A stretch of 64,000 bases of DNA from Chrysomallon squamiferum (Eukaryota; Animalia; Mollusca). Position 1 is the first letter of the stretch, and every line of letters starts with the position of its first letter. The notes beneath the pieces are model-generated. The model had not been told where the DNA came from and made no database searches. It saw nothing but the letters and a program-made list of their open reading frames with translations. Positions 50,259-64,000 of this stretch are shown here, piece by piece. The stretch spans positions 18,476,001 to 18,540,000 of the forward strand of contig CM022670.1 in assembly GCA_012295275.1 (NCBI GenBank), in the 5' to 3' direction. Position numbers and translations under genes: made by a program.

Positions 50259-51826
50259 GACAAAAGTGATAGGAAGTATCAGCTATAAATTATTAATTTC
50301 AAACGGTCCATGCACGTTATCATGGAACTATAAAACAGTAATATTATGATATATTTGTATTTTTCTTTATGGGTTAAAAAACCTCAAGAAATCAAATCCT
50401 ACCACTCTTTACTCGTTAAATTTATTAGATTAACGTGCTGAAGGATTTTGCAAGTAGCTAATTAGGGCTGATATTATTTTACAAACTTTTTGTCTTTCGA
50501 ACTCCATCACATCCCCGTAGACCTATCAAGTTACGTTCTCGCGAGAATTGCTAGATATCGTTTTACCACGCGAGACTTTATCGCGTGAACTGTAATGGGT
50601 ATTTGTACAAAAGAATCTGCAATTACATCTGTGGCCTTTGTCAAACGACAGAGGCAATGCACAGATGTGATTGTTCTTCGATGGTAATTGTGTAAATTTA
50701 TTTGCGCCCTGATTTTCCGATATTGCAATTCTAAAACTGTCAAAAAATTATAACGTACCCGGAGCGTAGGGAAATTATATTATAATACTATTGACCTTAG
50801 ATAATGAAAGTGGTTACGAATGGACATCGTGAGGTGGTGAGTTTTGGAGTGAGAAAGAGAACCAGAGAGAAAAAGAGAGAAAGAAATAAATAAATGATTC
50901 AGTTATGAATAAAAAAAACCTACAAAAAAAAAAAAAAAAAAAAACCAGAAGAAACAAACTCTAGAAAAGCTATAGTAACAAAGCTTTTTTAATTATAAAA
51001 ACAAAAATGATCATATTTGAAGCGTAAAACAGCCAGCAATAATTTACATAGGAATCAATTAATGAGGAAATAAAATTTAAAAAGAAAGAAAGAAAGAGAT
51101 AATAAAGAAAGCAAAAATATGTAAGGATGCCAAATTAAAAACACATAAAAAACAAAATATGAAATAAAGAAATAAAGAATGAAAGAAATAAAGAAAATAA
51201 ATGTTATTACAATACGTTTCTTCATTTGTCTTTCAGCGATAATGGCTTTAAAAGCATTACTCTGAAATAACGAATATGAGAAATGATTGTTCTAAGTATG
51301 TATCCGAAGCACATCTGGCTTTTTGCAAAAAGAACGAGATCCTTCCGTCTATTCTAATTACCTCCCTTGCCTCGTACCTGTCACTTCCGGTTTACGTGCA
51401 GCCGACATTTGCTCATTCGAGTTTGCTTCACTCAGCTCATTTGCATGCCAACAAAACAGTAGTTATCACTCTCCGAGTCGCGCGGGACTCGCTCGGCTCT
51501 TTAATGAAGATTGAATACAGGTTGTTCCGTTTCTCGTTTTCTTCAGCTTGAGATTGAGTATCATTCGATATTCCCAGAGTAGCGAGGATGTCTTCTGTCA
51601 AATCACGCCATGGATTTTTTTCTTTGCGTGCGACTTCCCGCGCTTTGACGCAAGATCCTGACACGAGCTCCCACTGCGCGGCTTCATGCAATTTTTTTTT
51701 ATTAATGGACGATTATTAGGTCCATTATTTTAGACACCAAAGTTATCACGACTTGCGGTCTTTTCTTTTTCTTAATGTATCAGAAATATCTTATTTATCG
51801 TTAGCTTAGCAATCCATATATGTATG

Positions 51827-51859
<33 letters not shown>

Positions 51860-52164
51860 GTGTGTGTGTGTGTGTGTGCGTGTGTGTGTGAATTCATGCG
51901 TCCGTATAATTATGTATATAAATATATTCACCATCTGTATACAAATGATAAAAAAATATATAATTAAGTAAAGATAATTTAAAACAATATAAATACCGAT
52001 TACCCTCTGAAACAATGAAAACTGTTATAAAACTATAGAGTTGTGTATTTATTCATATAGAAAAAAGCCCCAGAGATAATATAATGAAGAGAGACAGAGA
52101 TTGGAAGAAAATACCCACGTAACCCCCCCAAAACAAACAATATTTTAAAAATAATATCTTGTTA

Positions 52165-52208
<44 letters not shown>

Positions 52209-53797
52209 AAATTTCAGCATATCTGTAGCATTTAGGCCGTCATCTCAGGATCAGCTGTCTATTCAGATTGAACATCTTTATAGCAGACTTTAACATATTA
52301 ATAAATCAAGGCAAGGAAAGCCAAATGTATACAAAAATACAACCACTGCTGAACGATATTATTTTCAGTTGAAGCACACGTAATTTAAACTTGATTATAA
52401 ATGGTAGCGAGTTTTATTATTTATTTTTATTACTATGAGCTGTATTTATTCTGCAGATCGTAAAACTTTCTCAAGGCGTGATATTTGGAGATAGATTACG
52501 TGAAGCTGGCACCTAAGCTCAAAACACAAACATAACTAGATCCAGTTTCTTTAACTTAGAACAGAAAGAAAAGAAACGAAACGAAGAAAAGAAGAAAAAA
52601 AAAAAAATAAAAAAATAAAAAAAAGTTTAAGAAACTAAAATAAAATACGAAAGAAAATCAGTTTTGCATTTTGCAAAGAAAAAAAAAAAAAAAAAAAACC
52701 TTTGTTTTGCGCGAAAAGAAAAACGAAAAAAGAATACCAACATAAATATTTTGTTTTATTTTCGAAAGGCTTTTAAAAATGAAAGAAATATGGAGGTCCT
52801 TTTCTTTTAAAAAGGACAGAAAAAAATAAATAAATAAGAAGTTAAGAAAAAAGTGAAAGAAGGAACGAAAAAAAAAAAAAAAAAAAGAAAAAAGAAAAAG
52901 AAAAACATCGTCGAGCTCATTTTCCTAGACTGGTCCCTCTGAATGTTGCACATCCTTGTTATCAACGTATTGAGATTTACAGCCGGCCGGTCACAGGTCG
53001 CCGCCATTAACGTCTACAAAACTGGTTTTCAAAGCAATGTTTGTCTCGAAACAAGACCCTCCCATGCATTAAATAACACTGAATATTAACAAACTAATTT
53101 TATAGCAATACAAAAATTACGCCAATGGAAAAGGAAAAAGGAAGATGAAAGAGCAGCGGGGAAGAGAAACAATTCTAAAAATGATCACTTCGGTCCTTTG
53201 CTGTTAACACGGGAGTGGGACGAGAGTGGAAGCCACAGAATGGACGGGATGTTAGGACTTGTTTTGATGTTGTTAAGGATAGCGGCTTATTTTCTTATTT
53301 ATGTATCAAAAACAGAAAACTAAAATTATCTCTATTACATGAAATTATGAAATGTGCTTGTCAAATGAATAAATGAATGAGTAGGTGTACACCAGCACTA
53401 ATAACACAATGACTATTGGCTATTGCTGTTTTTTTTGCTGTTTTTGTTTGTTTGTTATTATTATTATTATTATTTTTTTATTATCTTCATTTTTTAATCA
53501 GCTTCCTATGATAGATGTAGTGTATTTAGAAAGTTTTGTCAACTGCATGAAATACTAAAATTCAAAAGTTCCAATTTTTATTAAAAGTCCATATTTATCC
53601 TGCTTTAATTGTATCTTGTATATGCATTTATAAATTTCATAAACTGTACTAGCTGATTAATACAAATACTCATATGAATTATAAAACAATAATGTTAAGT
53701 GGATTTTAATATGGTTTGCAAAACAAGGATCTAAAAATAACCATATCCATAAACTCCTTCTTCCTTTTCGAGAAGATAACTCTAAGAGCAGGTATAT

Positions 53798-53813
53798 CAC
53801 GTAGGGGGCGCTG
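53798..53813 (+). promoter_or_regulatory. Candidate CTCF-type site
   Basis: CACGTAGGGGGCGCTG resembles the CTCF consensus core (AGGGGGCGCT) in an AT-rich background; motif match only. Confidence 0.4.
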
Positions 53814-54910
53814 CAGCACGAACAGTTGCGATACTTCATGGCTGATCATGATAAAATCCTCAGACGAGAATGATAATACACAAAATGGTGTTCGAATTAC
53901 AAAGAATATGGAAGTGTCCCGGAGTAGAGTAATCGACTCTATCACATTAACATTTAATTGCAAACAAGTGGATATTTATTTACAAGGGAAAACACTTCTG
54001 TCATGTGAACTGCAGCAAATATTAGATTCAAGTATTAATGCTTAACAGAAATGTTTTGGAGTGGATAATTTGATATAACTGACAAAGTGGATATTAAAAA
54101 AAACAAAAAAAAAAAAAAAAAAAAAAAACGGCCTCCATGTGTGGCCTTATTCTAATACTGTGTAAATTCATTCATGTTCGAGTGCAAATAACAGCATCAG
54201 AAAACAACAACAACAACTTCACCAATAAAATAACAATGGATGTAAGTTTTGTAGTATTAACAAAAGTACAAGTGGTTTTATTAGTAGTAGTAGTAGTAGT
54301 GGTTGTAGTAGTAATAGTAGTAGTTTTTATAGTAATAGTGGTAGCAATAGAAATAGTAATAACAGTAATGTCGTACTTAGTTGTAATAATTATAGCAGAA
54401 GCAGTAGTACGGCTACCAATAATAGTAGTAGTTAAAAAAGATTAAAATAAATCATAAATATATCTCAAAGAAAACTCACATTTAAATTAATGCTCTAAAA
54501 AGACCGAACAAGCTTGAATAATTTATGTACGTTTTTATCAGAATGTTAAAACGGCATGAATCAGCCACCAGCCTGTGAAGTTTTCATGTTTTTTTTCTTC
54601 TTCTCCCTTTTGAGGAGGTCACTTTGATTTATGTAGTGGTAAAACAACATTAAAAAATAATTGACAAAAAGAAAGAAAAATAAATTTAAAGAGCGGCAGA
54701 AATCTGAAGAAACGTCATATTGCAGGATCTAACGACATGATGCACATGGCAAGTCGCTGTCAGGGGAAAGAGAATAATTATATCATGTGTAAATAAAAAC
54801 ACTATCTAAATATAAATCGCAGCTCGTGATATGTGCTGCTTTATTTTGTAAATCATACGCGAGAGAAACAGCAGCGTTAAACATAGTTTAAATTAACCTG
54901 GTCGTACGTT

Positions 54911-55256
54911 ACGTTCAGGAAGATCACGTATTAAATGTGACGGTTTTGTGTTACATTGAGAGAGTCACGTATTAAAAGTGATACAGTTATATTAATATTA
55001 CGTACTATAAAGACGTGTATACTGCATTAAAATTAATGAAGAGTGTATATATTTTTATTCAAGAAAGCCGTCTGTTAAAAATAATAATAATTACGTTCAC
55101 AAAAGTCATGAACTAGAGTAATGTTATGTGTTTGTGTTTTATTCAAGAAGGTCGTGTATTAAAAGTAATATATGAATTTATATTTTATTCAAGAAAGTAA
55201 TGTATTAAAAAGTAATAGAAAGTGTCTATATTTTATGCAGGAAAGTCGTATTAAAT
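54911..55256. repeat. Degenerate tandem repeat, unit about 43-48 bp, about 8 copies
   Basis: Recurrent TTTTATTCAAGAAAGTCGTGTATTAAAAGTAATA-like core. Confidence 0.75.
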
Positions 55257-55422
55257 GGTTATACTATAATTAGAATCATTATATAGTAAAAGGAATACAA
55301 AAGGGTTACACTATATTTAAAAAATTAATACACAAGTGGGAATATGATAATAACAAATAATATATAAATGTATATTTTTTGTTTTAATACACACATATAT
55401 ACCTACATACCAAAAAACATAC

Positions 55423-55466
<44 letters not shown>

Positions 55467-55467
55467 T

Positions 55468-55509
<42 letters not shown>

Positions 55510-56308
55510 CATACATACATACACACACACATATATACATACATACACACATATACGCAGACGCACACACATAGACACATTCCTACATACGCATGTATAT
55601 ATTTCGAACACTGAGACCACCAAACTTAATAACAAAGATGAGCTATAATAATTATTCAGCATGTGTCGAACTGATAGTCAAGGAGGAGGATGAACTGCCC
55701 TTGTAACACGATCGTGCTGGAGATACGTTTTAACGGACAGTTGCATCGTTAGGAAGATACCGCCTGACGACTGTTCTTTTGGGATGACCTACTGAGGACA
55801 AGGGTCAGACGCAGACCCCACGCAGAGCCTATAAAATAACGATAAAGTTGCGCCATTTGGTCTGTTTGATTTTCACCATTTGTTCCTTTGTTTCATTTCT
55901 TACTTGTCACGCTGTCTCAGTTAAAGTAATCAGTTCGATAAAATTCCAAATTTTAAGTTTAACAGCATTAAATACATTGAATATGTAAAAAAATTTAATT
56001 CAGTAAAATGGTGTTGTAGAATTAATGTATATGTGTGTATATGTATGTATGTATGTATGTGTATGTGTGCGTATATATATATATTTAGAGACAAACTAAT
56101 TTGACAAACACATTTAATTATTAAGGATTAAAACAAAAGTTACTCTTATAGATTAACAAGGAATATTTTATATAAAATTTCTTTCCAAGAGTTTTTATTA
56201 TCAGTTCGTTGAATCGTTTTTAATCATCGACCTATGACATAACTGATATGTGTTTCATTAGTAAGTTAGAATTACTCTTCAGAATATAAAAACAATACTA
56301 TTTAATTC

Positions 56309-56347
<39 letters not shown>

Positions 56348-56710
56348 CATCATAATAATAATAAAAATAAAAATAATTTTATGTTGTTGTTGTGGTTGCT
56401 GTTGTGTTTGTTTTTGTTCTTGTCATTTTTCATTTAATCCAAATAAGTAAAAATATTTTATTCTTTTTTTATATTTCATTTTTCATAATTCATTTTATGG
56501 GGACAGAAAAAAAAAAAAAAAAAAAAAAAAGATTTTTTAATGTTAGATTGTGTGTATTCGTATTATGGTATATATCCTACTAACCAAACGTCATATTTTA
56601 TATGAAACTGTTTCAGATATATAAAAATAAAGAACTGATAAACTACCTATGCTCTGACCACAAGCATCTTTATTTTCCTGACAATTGCACCGTTTTAATA
56701 TTTTTCCTTA

Positions 56711-56768
<58 letters not shown>

Positions 56769-57215
56769 TGATGATGATGATGATGTTAATGATTATAATA
56801 GTAATAAAGAACACCATGACTACAACATTTACAAAAATGTTCAGTTAATTAAATCAAATATTATCACACGACAAAACCTCGATATGAAATAAACGTCACT
56901 CTAGCACGTGCTTCATTCCTCAAGCAGGCTAATGGCCGCAGATCATTTTCCGCCTTTGCACGTGCTTCATCGGAACGACCGCCGTTCTTCTGAGCAGTGA
57001 AAAGGTAATGTTTAACACCCTCATCTGGCAAAACCGATGTGCTATGCCATAAATGCGTGTTGACTCTAAGACCAAAAACGATGTCGTAGCAATTGTAAAA
57101 TATGCTTACTGTAAGGTCTAAGAATCTAAGTATTAAGGCTTGTCTGTGATAAATAAATTATTGTGTGTTCTAGACTGGTAAGAAAGGAAAAGAAATGAAG
57201 AAAGAGGAGAAGAAA

Positions 57216-57256
<41 letters not shown>

Positions 57257-59373
57257 TAATAATAATAATAATTATGATGATGATAATAATAATACTAATA
57301 AAAACAAAACTTATAAAAAAAAAATACATGTGTATGATGAAAAACACAGATAATAAAAATGGATATCTCCCCAACCTTTCAAAAATATTAATTAGATAAC
57401 ACAAAATGTGAATAAAAAAAAAGATACCATGAATATAAATAAATTAATTAGAATTCATTACTTGATTAAATTATAATACATTACAATTTAAATATAATAT
57501 AATATAATATAATATAATATAATATAATATAATATAATATAATATAATAAACATGATAGTGATAATAAAGACGATAACCATAACAACAGTGGTGATGATG
57601 ATGATGATGATGATAATAATAACGGATCCATAGCTAAAAGAGAGACCTGAAAAATTAATAATAATAATAATAATAAATGTGATACGTTTGTACTCATTTC
57701 TTATCTCTAATTGAATTTTGCGCATTGCAGTCGGTAATAAAGTTTAAATACACTAACCTTCAAGGTGGCAGCCAATAAAAGAACAATTGGCTCTGACACG
57801 TTTATACGAGAATAATTAATGTCCCTTTGTCGTCAGATCAGATTAACGTAATCTAACATTTAAATGGCACCAACTTTTTGTCACTGAACAGTGTTGTGAT
57901 TCTAAAATTTATTGTTGGTTGCCATAATGACTGGATGTGTCTATCTATCTTTTCAATGATGCAAAAACAGTTTTAAAATTTAAAAAACATCAAATGTGTG
58001 TTACGTGTTCACATTTTGTATTGTTCATCGCATGCATTGTTTATTATGGAAATTTACAGTTTATTTTTAGGACTTACATTCTGTGAACTGTTATAACCGC
58101 CGAAAAGAACAGTAACATAAAATTAATACAATTTTATTGTTGTAAACGGAAACGTGTGCAAATACTGGGATTCGGTAACATCAGATGCCACTAAGTTGCC
58201 ACTTAGCAGTTAGGAATAATTTGCTGGTTGTTTGGTATGGAATAAATGATTCGAATCGAAACCATGAAAAGCTGTACACTTTGTATTATTTTAATTAATA
58301 ATTAAAGACATTTTACAGCTTGTGTTATCTTGGAGGATATATATATATATATATATATACTACATATATTACATATATTATTTAAAATATATTATTACAA
58401 ATGACCAGTTCTGTTAATTGTATGTTTAATTTGAATTATGTTATTTGTGTTTGGCATTCCATACACTTCAAATGGTTTTGTGTGCTTGTATGCATGTATG
58501 TATGCATGTATGTATGCATGTTTGTATGTGTGTGTATGTATGTGTGTGTATCCATATTTCCAATTATTTATAAGCACGTGCGTATATATGTATATATAAA
58601 TGTATGTATGTATAAATGAATGTATATATGTCTGTCTGTATGTATATATGTATATATGTCTGTATGTATATATGTATGTACGTATGTAAATATCTAGGTA
58701 TATATATATCTATTCAGATTACTGTATAATTTTTTTGCTTCTCACAAACTCTCACTATACAGTAGCACAATGTTTTTTTTTGTTTGTTTTTTTTTTTTTT
58801 CTTTTTTTCTGTGATATTTTAGAAATCATTTGTCACAGTTATCACATATTTGTCATGAGACAGTGCAGAATAATAACAATATACCATGACAGGATTCAAC
58901 AAATGTTTCTAACGGAAAAGAGCGAAGAAAAGATGGAGATAAAAACATATAAATATATTAAAAAATAAAGATAAATAATTTTAAAAAAGGAATATGAAAT
59001 GTTTTTTTTTTTGTTTTTTTTTTTTTTTTTTTGTGATTTTTTTCGGGGGCTGTATGTGATTGTTATCCTGAAGCTGATATTTTCTTCATTATTCGTATCA
59101 CCGTTGATCTCATACTTTGTAGAAAAGCAACGTCACAACGATACGCCTGCGGTCCATGTTATCCTAATGTGATTCCTGGAAAGGCTTATGGCTGATGTTA
59201 TCATTACGCAGTCTGACATGATTTCTGGCAGAACAATTTCTTTCCTGCAAACAAGATTTATTGGCGAAACTAAAGAGAGGTAGGTGGAGAGAAAAAAACC
59301 CAAGAAACAAAAGAACGTAAGCAAAACAGAGAGAATGTAGATGTATGTGAAGGAAAGAGAGAGATGGAGAGAG

Positions 59374-59376
<3 letters not shown>

Positions 59377-59431
<55 letters not shown>
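59377..59431. repeat. (AG)n microsatellite
   Basis: Direct reading. Confidence 0.95.
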
Positions 59432-59436
<5 letters not shown>

Positions 59437-61907
59437 AAGACAAAGTCACAAAAAGAATGTGAGAAAAAAGCTCAGAGAAACAGAGGAAAGAAACAGAAAT
59501 ACAGAGAGAAGCGTGGAGTTGAAGATGATTGTATAATTCTGTAGCTACCCCTTGAAATACTTTTTATTTTATTTTTCTTTATGAAAAATAATTTAAAAAA
59601 AAATGAATAATAACATGAAGAAAACATTTTGTTTTTTTAATCAAAGATATATTTTTTTTTTAAATATATTATTAAATTAAATTATTTGAAACTTGCGATA
59701 TTTTTTGGGTGCAGACACCTACATGTGCATCTAGTCACAATTGTTTGTATACATCCTTATTTATTTATTTATTTATTTGTTTGTTTTCCCATTACTATCA
59801 CGGACAGTCACTGCCTTAATGTATCTCGTTGTTACTTTTATATACAAAAAGAAACATATGTCCTTCTTTTTTGGTTTTTTTTTTATTATATATATATTTA
59901 TTTATTTATTTATTTTTCTTTCTTTCCTTTTCTTTGTTTCTTGTCTCACTTCCTCTTCTGCATATGGTCAAAGCTGTCTTTTCTCATCAGTGTCAGTAAA
60001 ATGTTTGCGTTTGTTATATCCTTCTTCTTCTTCTTCTTATTGTTATTATTATTATTATCATCATCATCATCATCATCATCGTCATCATCATCATCGTTAT
60101 TTTGTTGTTATAGTTGTTGTTATTATTATTATATTTATTATTATTATTAATATTTTTTTTTTTTGTAAATATAATATTCAAACGAAGGTCCTTTCTGATT
60201 TAATACATTTCATTTATTATTATTAATATTAAAAATGTTGCTGACCTATAGATTTAATAACATAATGTGATATCAAAATATATTTTACATTTTTCTCGCT
60301 TTCAGCGTTTTCTCCTCCTTATAACAATTAAAAAATATAGTATACTGCACCTTACTGTAAGTAAATAATGATATACGATATCATGTTTCTATAAATAAAG
60401 CTTTAACATTATAAATTTCAAGCTTATTGAAAAAGAAACAGTTTTAAAATCATAAAATTTTCAATAGCAAAAATATCCAAACGCCATCATTTTAAGAAAA
60501 ATATTACGATTCCTGTTGCTATCTTTGTCTTATAATTATAAAAAAGACTTGAAAATCTGACCTTATAAGGAACTGCTAATGTATTCTGTTATGTGTTTAA
60601 AATCAAACTGATGTAAACTGTTACCTATCTTAAAATATTTTGTCAGACGATGTTTAAAAATGATTTTCTTTTTGTCTTCTGTTTCATTTTTTCTTCACCT
60701 TTGTGTGCTGAAAAATCTGATATCCTCTTTTCTTCGTCTTCTTATCTTCATTTGTTACTTTATCAACACACACACACACACACACACTCTCTCTCTCTCT
60801 CTCTCTTTCGCGCGCGCGGATACTCACTCATATAATATTAATACAAAACCTTTATAAGATCAATCAAGCTTCCTTCTGTCTTTTTTTTTTAAATGTTAAA
60901 TTTGTTGCATAAACATATACATGAAAATACAGCAGGAAATAGTGTATTTGTTTTGGCGAATTTTCACTGAAAACAATTTTGAATCTGAACAAAAATTATA
61001 CGTAATAAAGATGTTTTTATTTGGCCAAATAATTTCTAAATTTGCGTTTTCAAAACTTTAAAATTACAGTTTATTTAAAGTTTTGTAGTATTAATGTAGT
61101 TTAATATATTAAAGAAAGTTTCAGAATAATGATGGTATTATAAAATACAAATTTTTGGACAATTATTTGCTAGAAATATTATTATCATCATCGTCGTCGT
61201 CATCATAATCTTTATCATCACCATTATTATTATTTTATTATTATCATATTGTTGTTGTTGTTGCTGCTGCTATTGCGAAGTTAATTTACGAAATAATAAT
61301 TTATTTTCCCCTAGTGCGCGATCAATTATATTTTATACAATTATATTAAAATTATTATACTAAAGGCAGTTTAAACCATAGATTAGTAGTTACCTGAATA
61401 TTTATCATTCAAAATAAAAAACACATAAGACGAAACAAATATATATATTTATTTATTATAATTTTAATTCTGTTTATTGTTTATTTATTTTTATTTATTT
61501 ATTTATTTATTTATTTATTGTATTTATTCTTTATATTTATTTACATTTTTTTTGAATTTTGTCCAGTGAAATTATAACACGCAGTAAAGGTAAATCTGGA
61601 GGAGAATAAAAACCAAACAAACGCAAAGAAACACGCACGTACGAAAACGCCTGTATTTAATGAAAGAAACGCAAAGGTCTCACAATGGAATTACTTTTTC
61701 TGTTTTTATTAGTTTAAACGCCATGTCGTTGTCGCCGTTGTTGCTTTTCTGATTATGATTCTCTACTAATTCGATTTTAAAAATAAAAATTTTGTTCGAT
61801 GTTAATCTTCTATTGTTTTTTTTTAATTTTGGACAAACTTATTATAATTGTTATTAATTGTTTGTTTTACTGATGCATATAGAATATATATATAACTTGC
61901 ATAAACA

Positions 61908-61956
<49 letters not shown>

Positions 61957-62286
61957 TAATGTATTATTATTATTACATGTATTATTATTATTATTATTGC
62001 TGTTATTATAAATCATTTGTTTACTAATGGACTAAAATTATATTCTTTGCATTAAGATAGTAACGACTGATATATGATTTTACTGTATTTAATTATCTTT
62101 CAGTGTGAATAAATCTTTCAGAATAGACACTTTAGTTTCCATCTTTACAAGAAATGATATTGTAAAATAAATATTCAATAAATTTATTAAAGATATTTAA
62201 AATAAAATAACTGAAACATTAAAAGGAGCTACGGCTATTTCAGTATTAAAATTACAAATGTTTTGGTAAATTAATTTGTAAATTTA

Positions 62287-62362
<76 letters not shown>

Positions 62363-62803
62363 TAATAATAATGACGATGACGAAGATGATGATAATATAA
62401 TAAACTGTTATTGTGATTAGATAGAATTATATTATATAAATATTTTTTTATAATTTAATAAAAACAAAATTTTAATAATAATAATAATAATATAAACATT
62501 TTGTTTCAGCGACAGAGATGGAATTCTAATTCACTCAAAACAAAATATAATTATGATCATTCTAAGAAAGCTAGAAATAATTTTTTCATAAACAGTTTAT
62601 TTATTAAATATGAGTGTAGTTTTCTGTCTTTATTTTTATTAACTTTAATTATTTCAGACTTTACTTATAATATACGTTCATTAATGTCTTCATACAACTA
62701 CTTCTACATCTGCAACAGCCACATCTACTAGCTTTACTACTGCTACCACTACTGTTACTATTAGTATTACTACTAGTTCTACCACTGCTACTACTACTAC
62801 CAC

Positions 62804-62846
<43 letters not shown>

Positions 62847-63177
62847 GACCGATAATTTTCGGATGTTACATACGCAGAAACACATGTACACACATATAAT
62901 CACATGCCCAGACACACACATACGCACACACATGCATACGCAATTATCTTTGAGAACGTATAAAATAACGTTATTAATTTTTAAATACGTTATTGTTTTT
63001 AAGCAGATAAGAGCGAGCCAAAGTTGAAAGAAAAATCTTATTAGCGTGTGTAATTTTGTGGAATAAATATTTAATTAAATTACAGAGTCTCTTTGAAGTT
63101 ATTAATGAGGAAATATAATTAATTTTATTGTGAAGGAAAGAAAACATATATATTTTTTTTCTGAATCACAAAGTTGA

Positions 63178-63242
<65 letters not shown>

Positions 63243-64000
63243 TAATATAATAATAATAATGATAATAATGATGAAATAAAATGATGATAATGATATATTT
63301 ACATTAATGTAAATACTAAATAATCAAAAAAACAAAACAAAAACAAGTATATAAAAATAATAAAACTAAATAAATATTTTCTTCAAATAGATATTTTAAA
63401 CAATCAATAAAAATAACAAGAAAGAGAAAGAATTCCCCCCACACACAGACAAATAAATAAATACAAAGCAACCAAACAACCAAACAAACATATAAATAAA
63501 TAAATAAATTAGTAAGTTAGTAAATAAATAAACAAATAAATTAGTAAATAAATAAATAAATAAAAACACTGAAGATGAACATTGTGTTATAGTTGAATGG
63601 TATAAAAATACTACTTTAATGGAGTGTACAATAAATTTTCAGCCAAAGGTTGCAGTTATTTGATTGTCATCGTGTAAATGTAAAACAAAAAAGTTCTAAT
63701 GTATGTAAATAAGTAAGTAACTAAACAAATATATAAACAAACAAACAAACAAACAAACAAATATATAAATAAATAAATTAAATAAATTAAAATAAAATAA
63801 AATAATAGATAAATAAATAAATAAAACAAATAACAGTAATATTTCAACGTGTGAATTAAAACACAAAATTAATAAAAATTTAAACGCCGATAATAAATAA
63901 AATTAATCGACAATTAAATGTACCATTAATTTCCATTTAATACGCTTCGGTACTGTAAAGAATTCAGAGAATTAACATTAACTTTCTCATCAGACGTCCT

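Noticed and set aside
39793-54045. Short complex ORFs in CpG-rich islands (39793, 42302, 44547, 51437, 53716)
   Set aside because: No recognisable homology and no consistent splice chain; such lengths are expected by chance in GC-richer patches.
54911-55256. CRISPR-like repeat-spacer appearance
   Set aside because: Eukaryotic context, degenerate repeats, related spacers and no cas genes.

Overview
Eukaryotic, very AT-rich, microsatellite-rich animal DNA; a mollusc or other lophotrochozoan is my inference from composition and protein divergence, not something the sequence proves. Bases 38-8756 (+) hold the last 11 coding exons of a neurobeachin/LRBA (rugose/sel-2) gene: the end of the BEACH domain plus the WD40 repeats, about 467 aa, with all GT-AG junctions phase-consistent. 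A probably long 3' UTR follows. The unusually long intron at the BEACH-WD40 linker contains candidate microexons (21 nt, and a 22+20 nt frame-restoring pair); this is the most interesting signal I found. Beyond about 14 kb the sequence changes from CpG-poor to CpG-retaining and has no recognisable intact gene. It contains a decayed Tc1 transposase, several MITE-like elements, a perfect 33-bp-arm palindrome, mini- and microsatellites, and many short CpG-rich patches with transcription-factor-like motifs. I found no prokaryotic features, RNA genes or CRISPR arrays, and nothing I can claim as a new biological system. All analysis was by eye.
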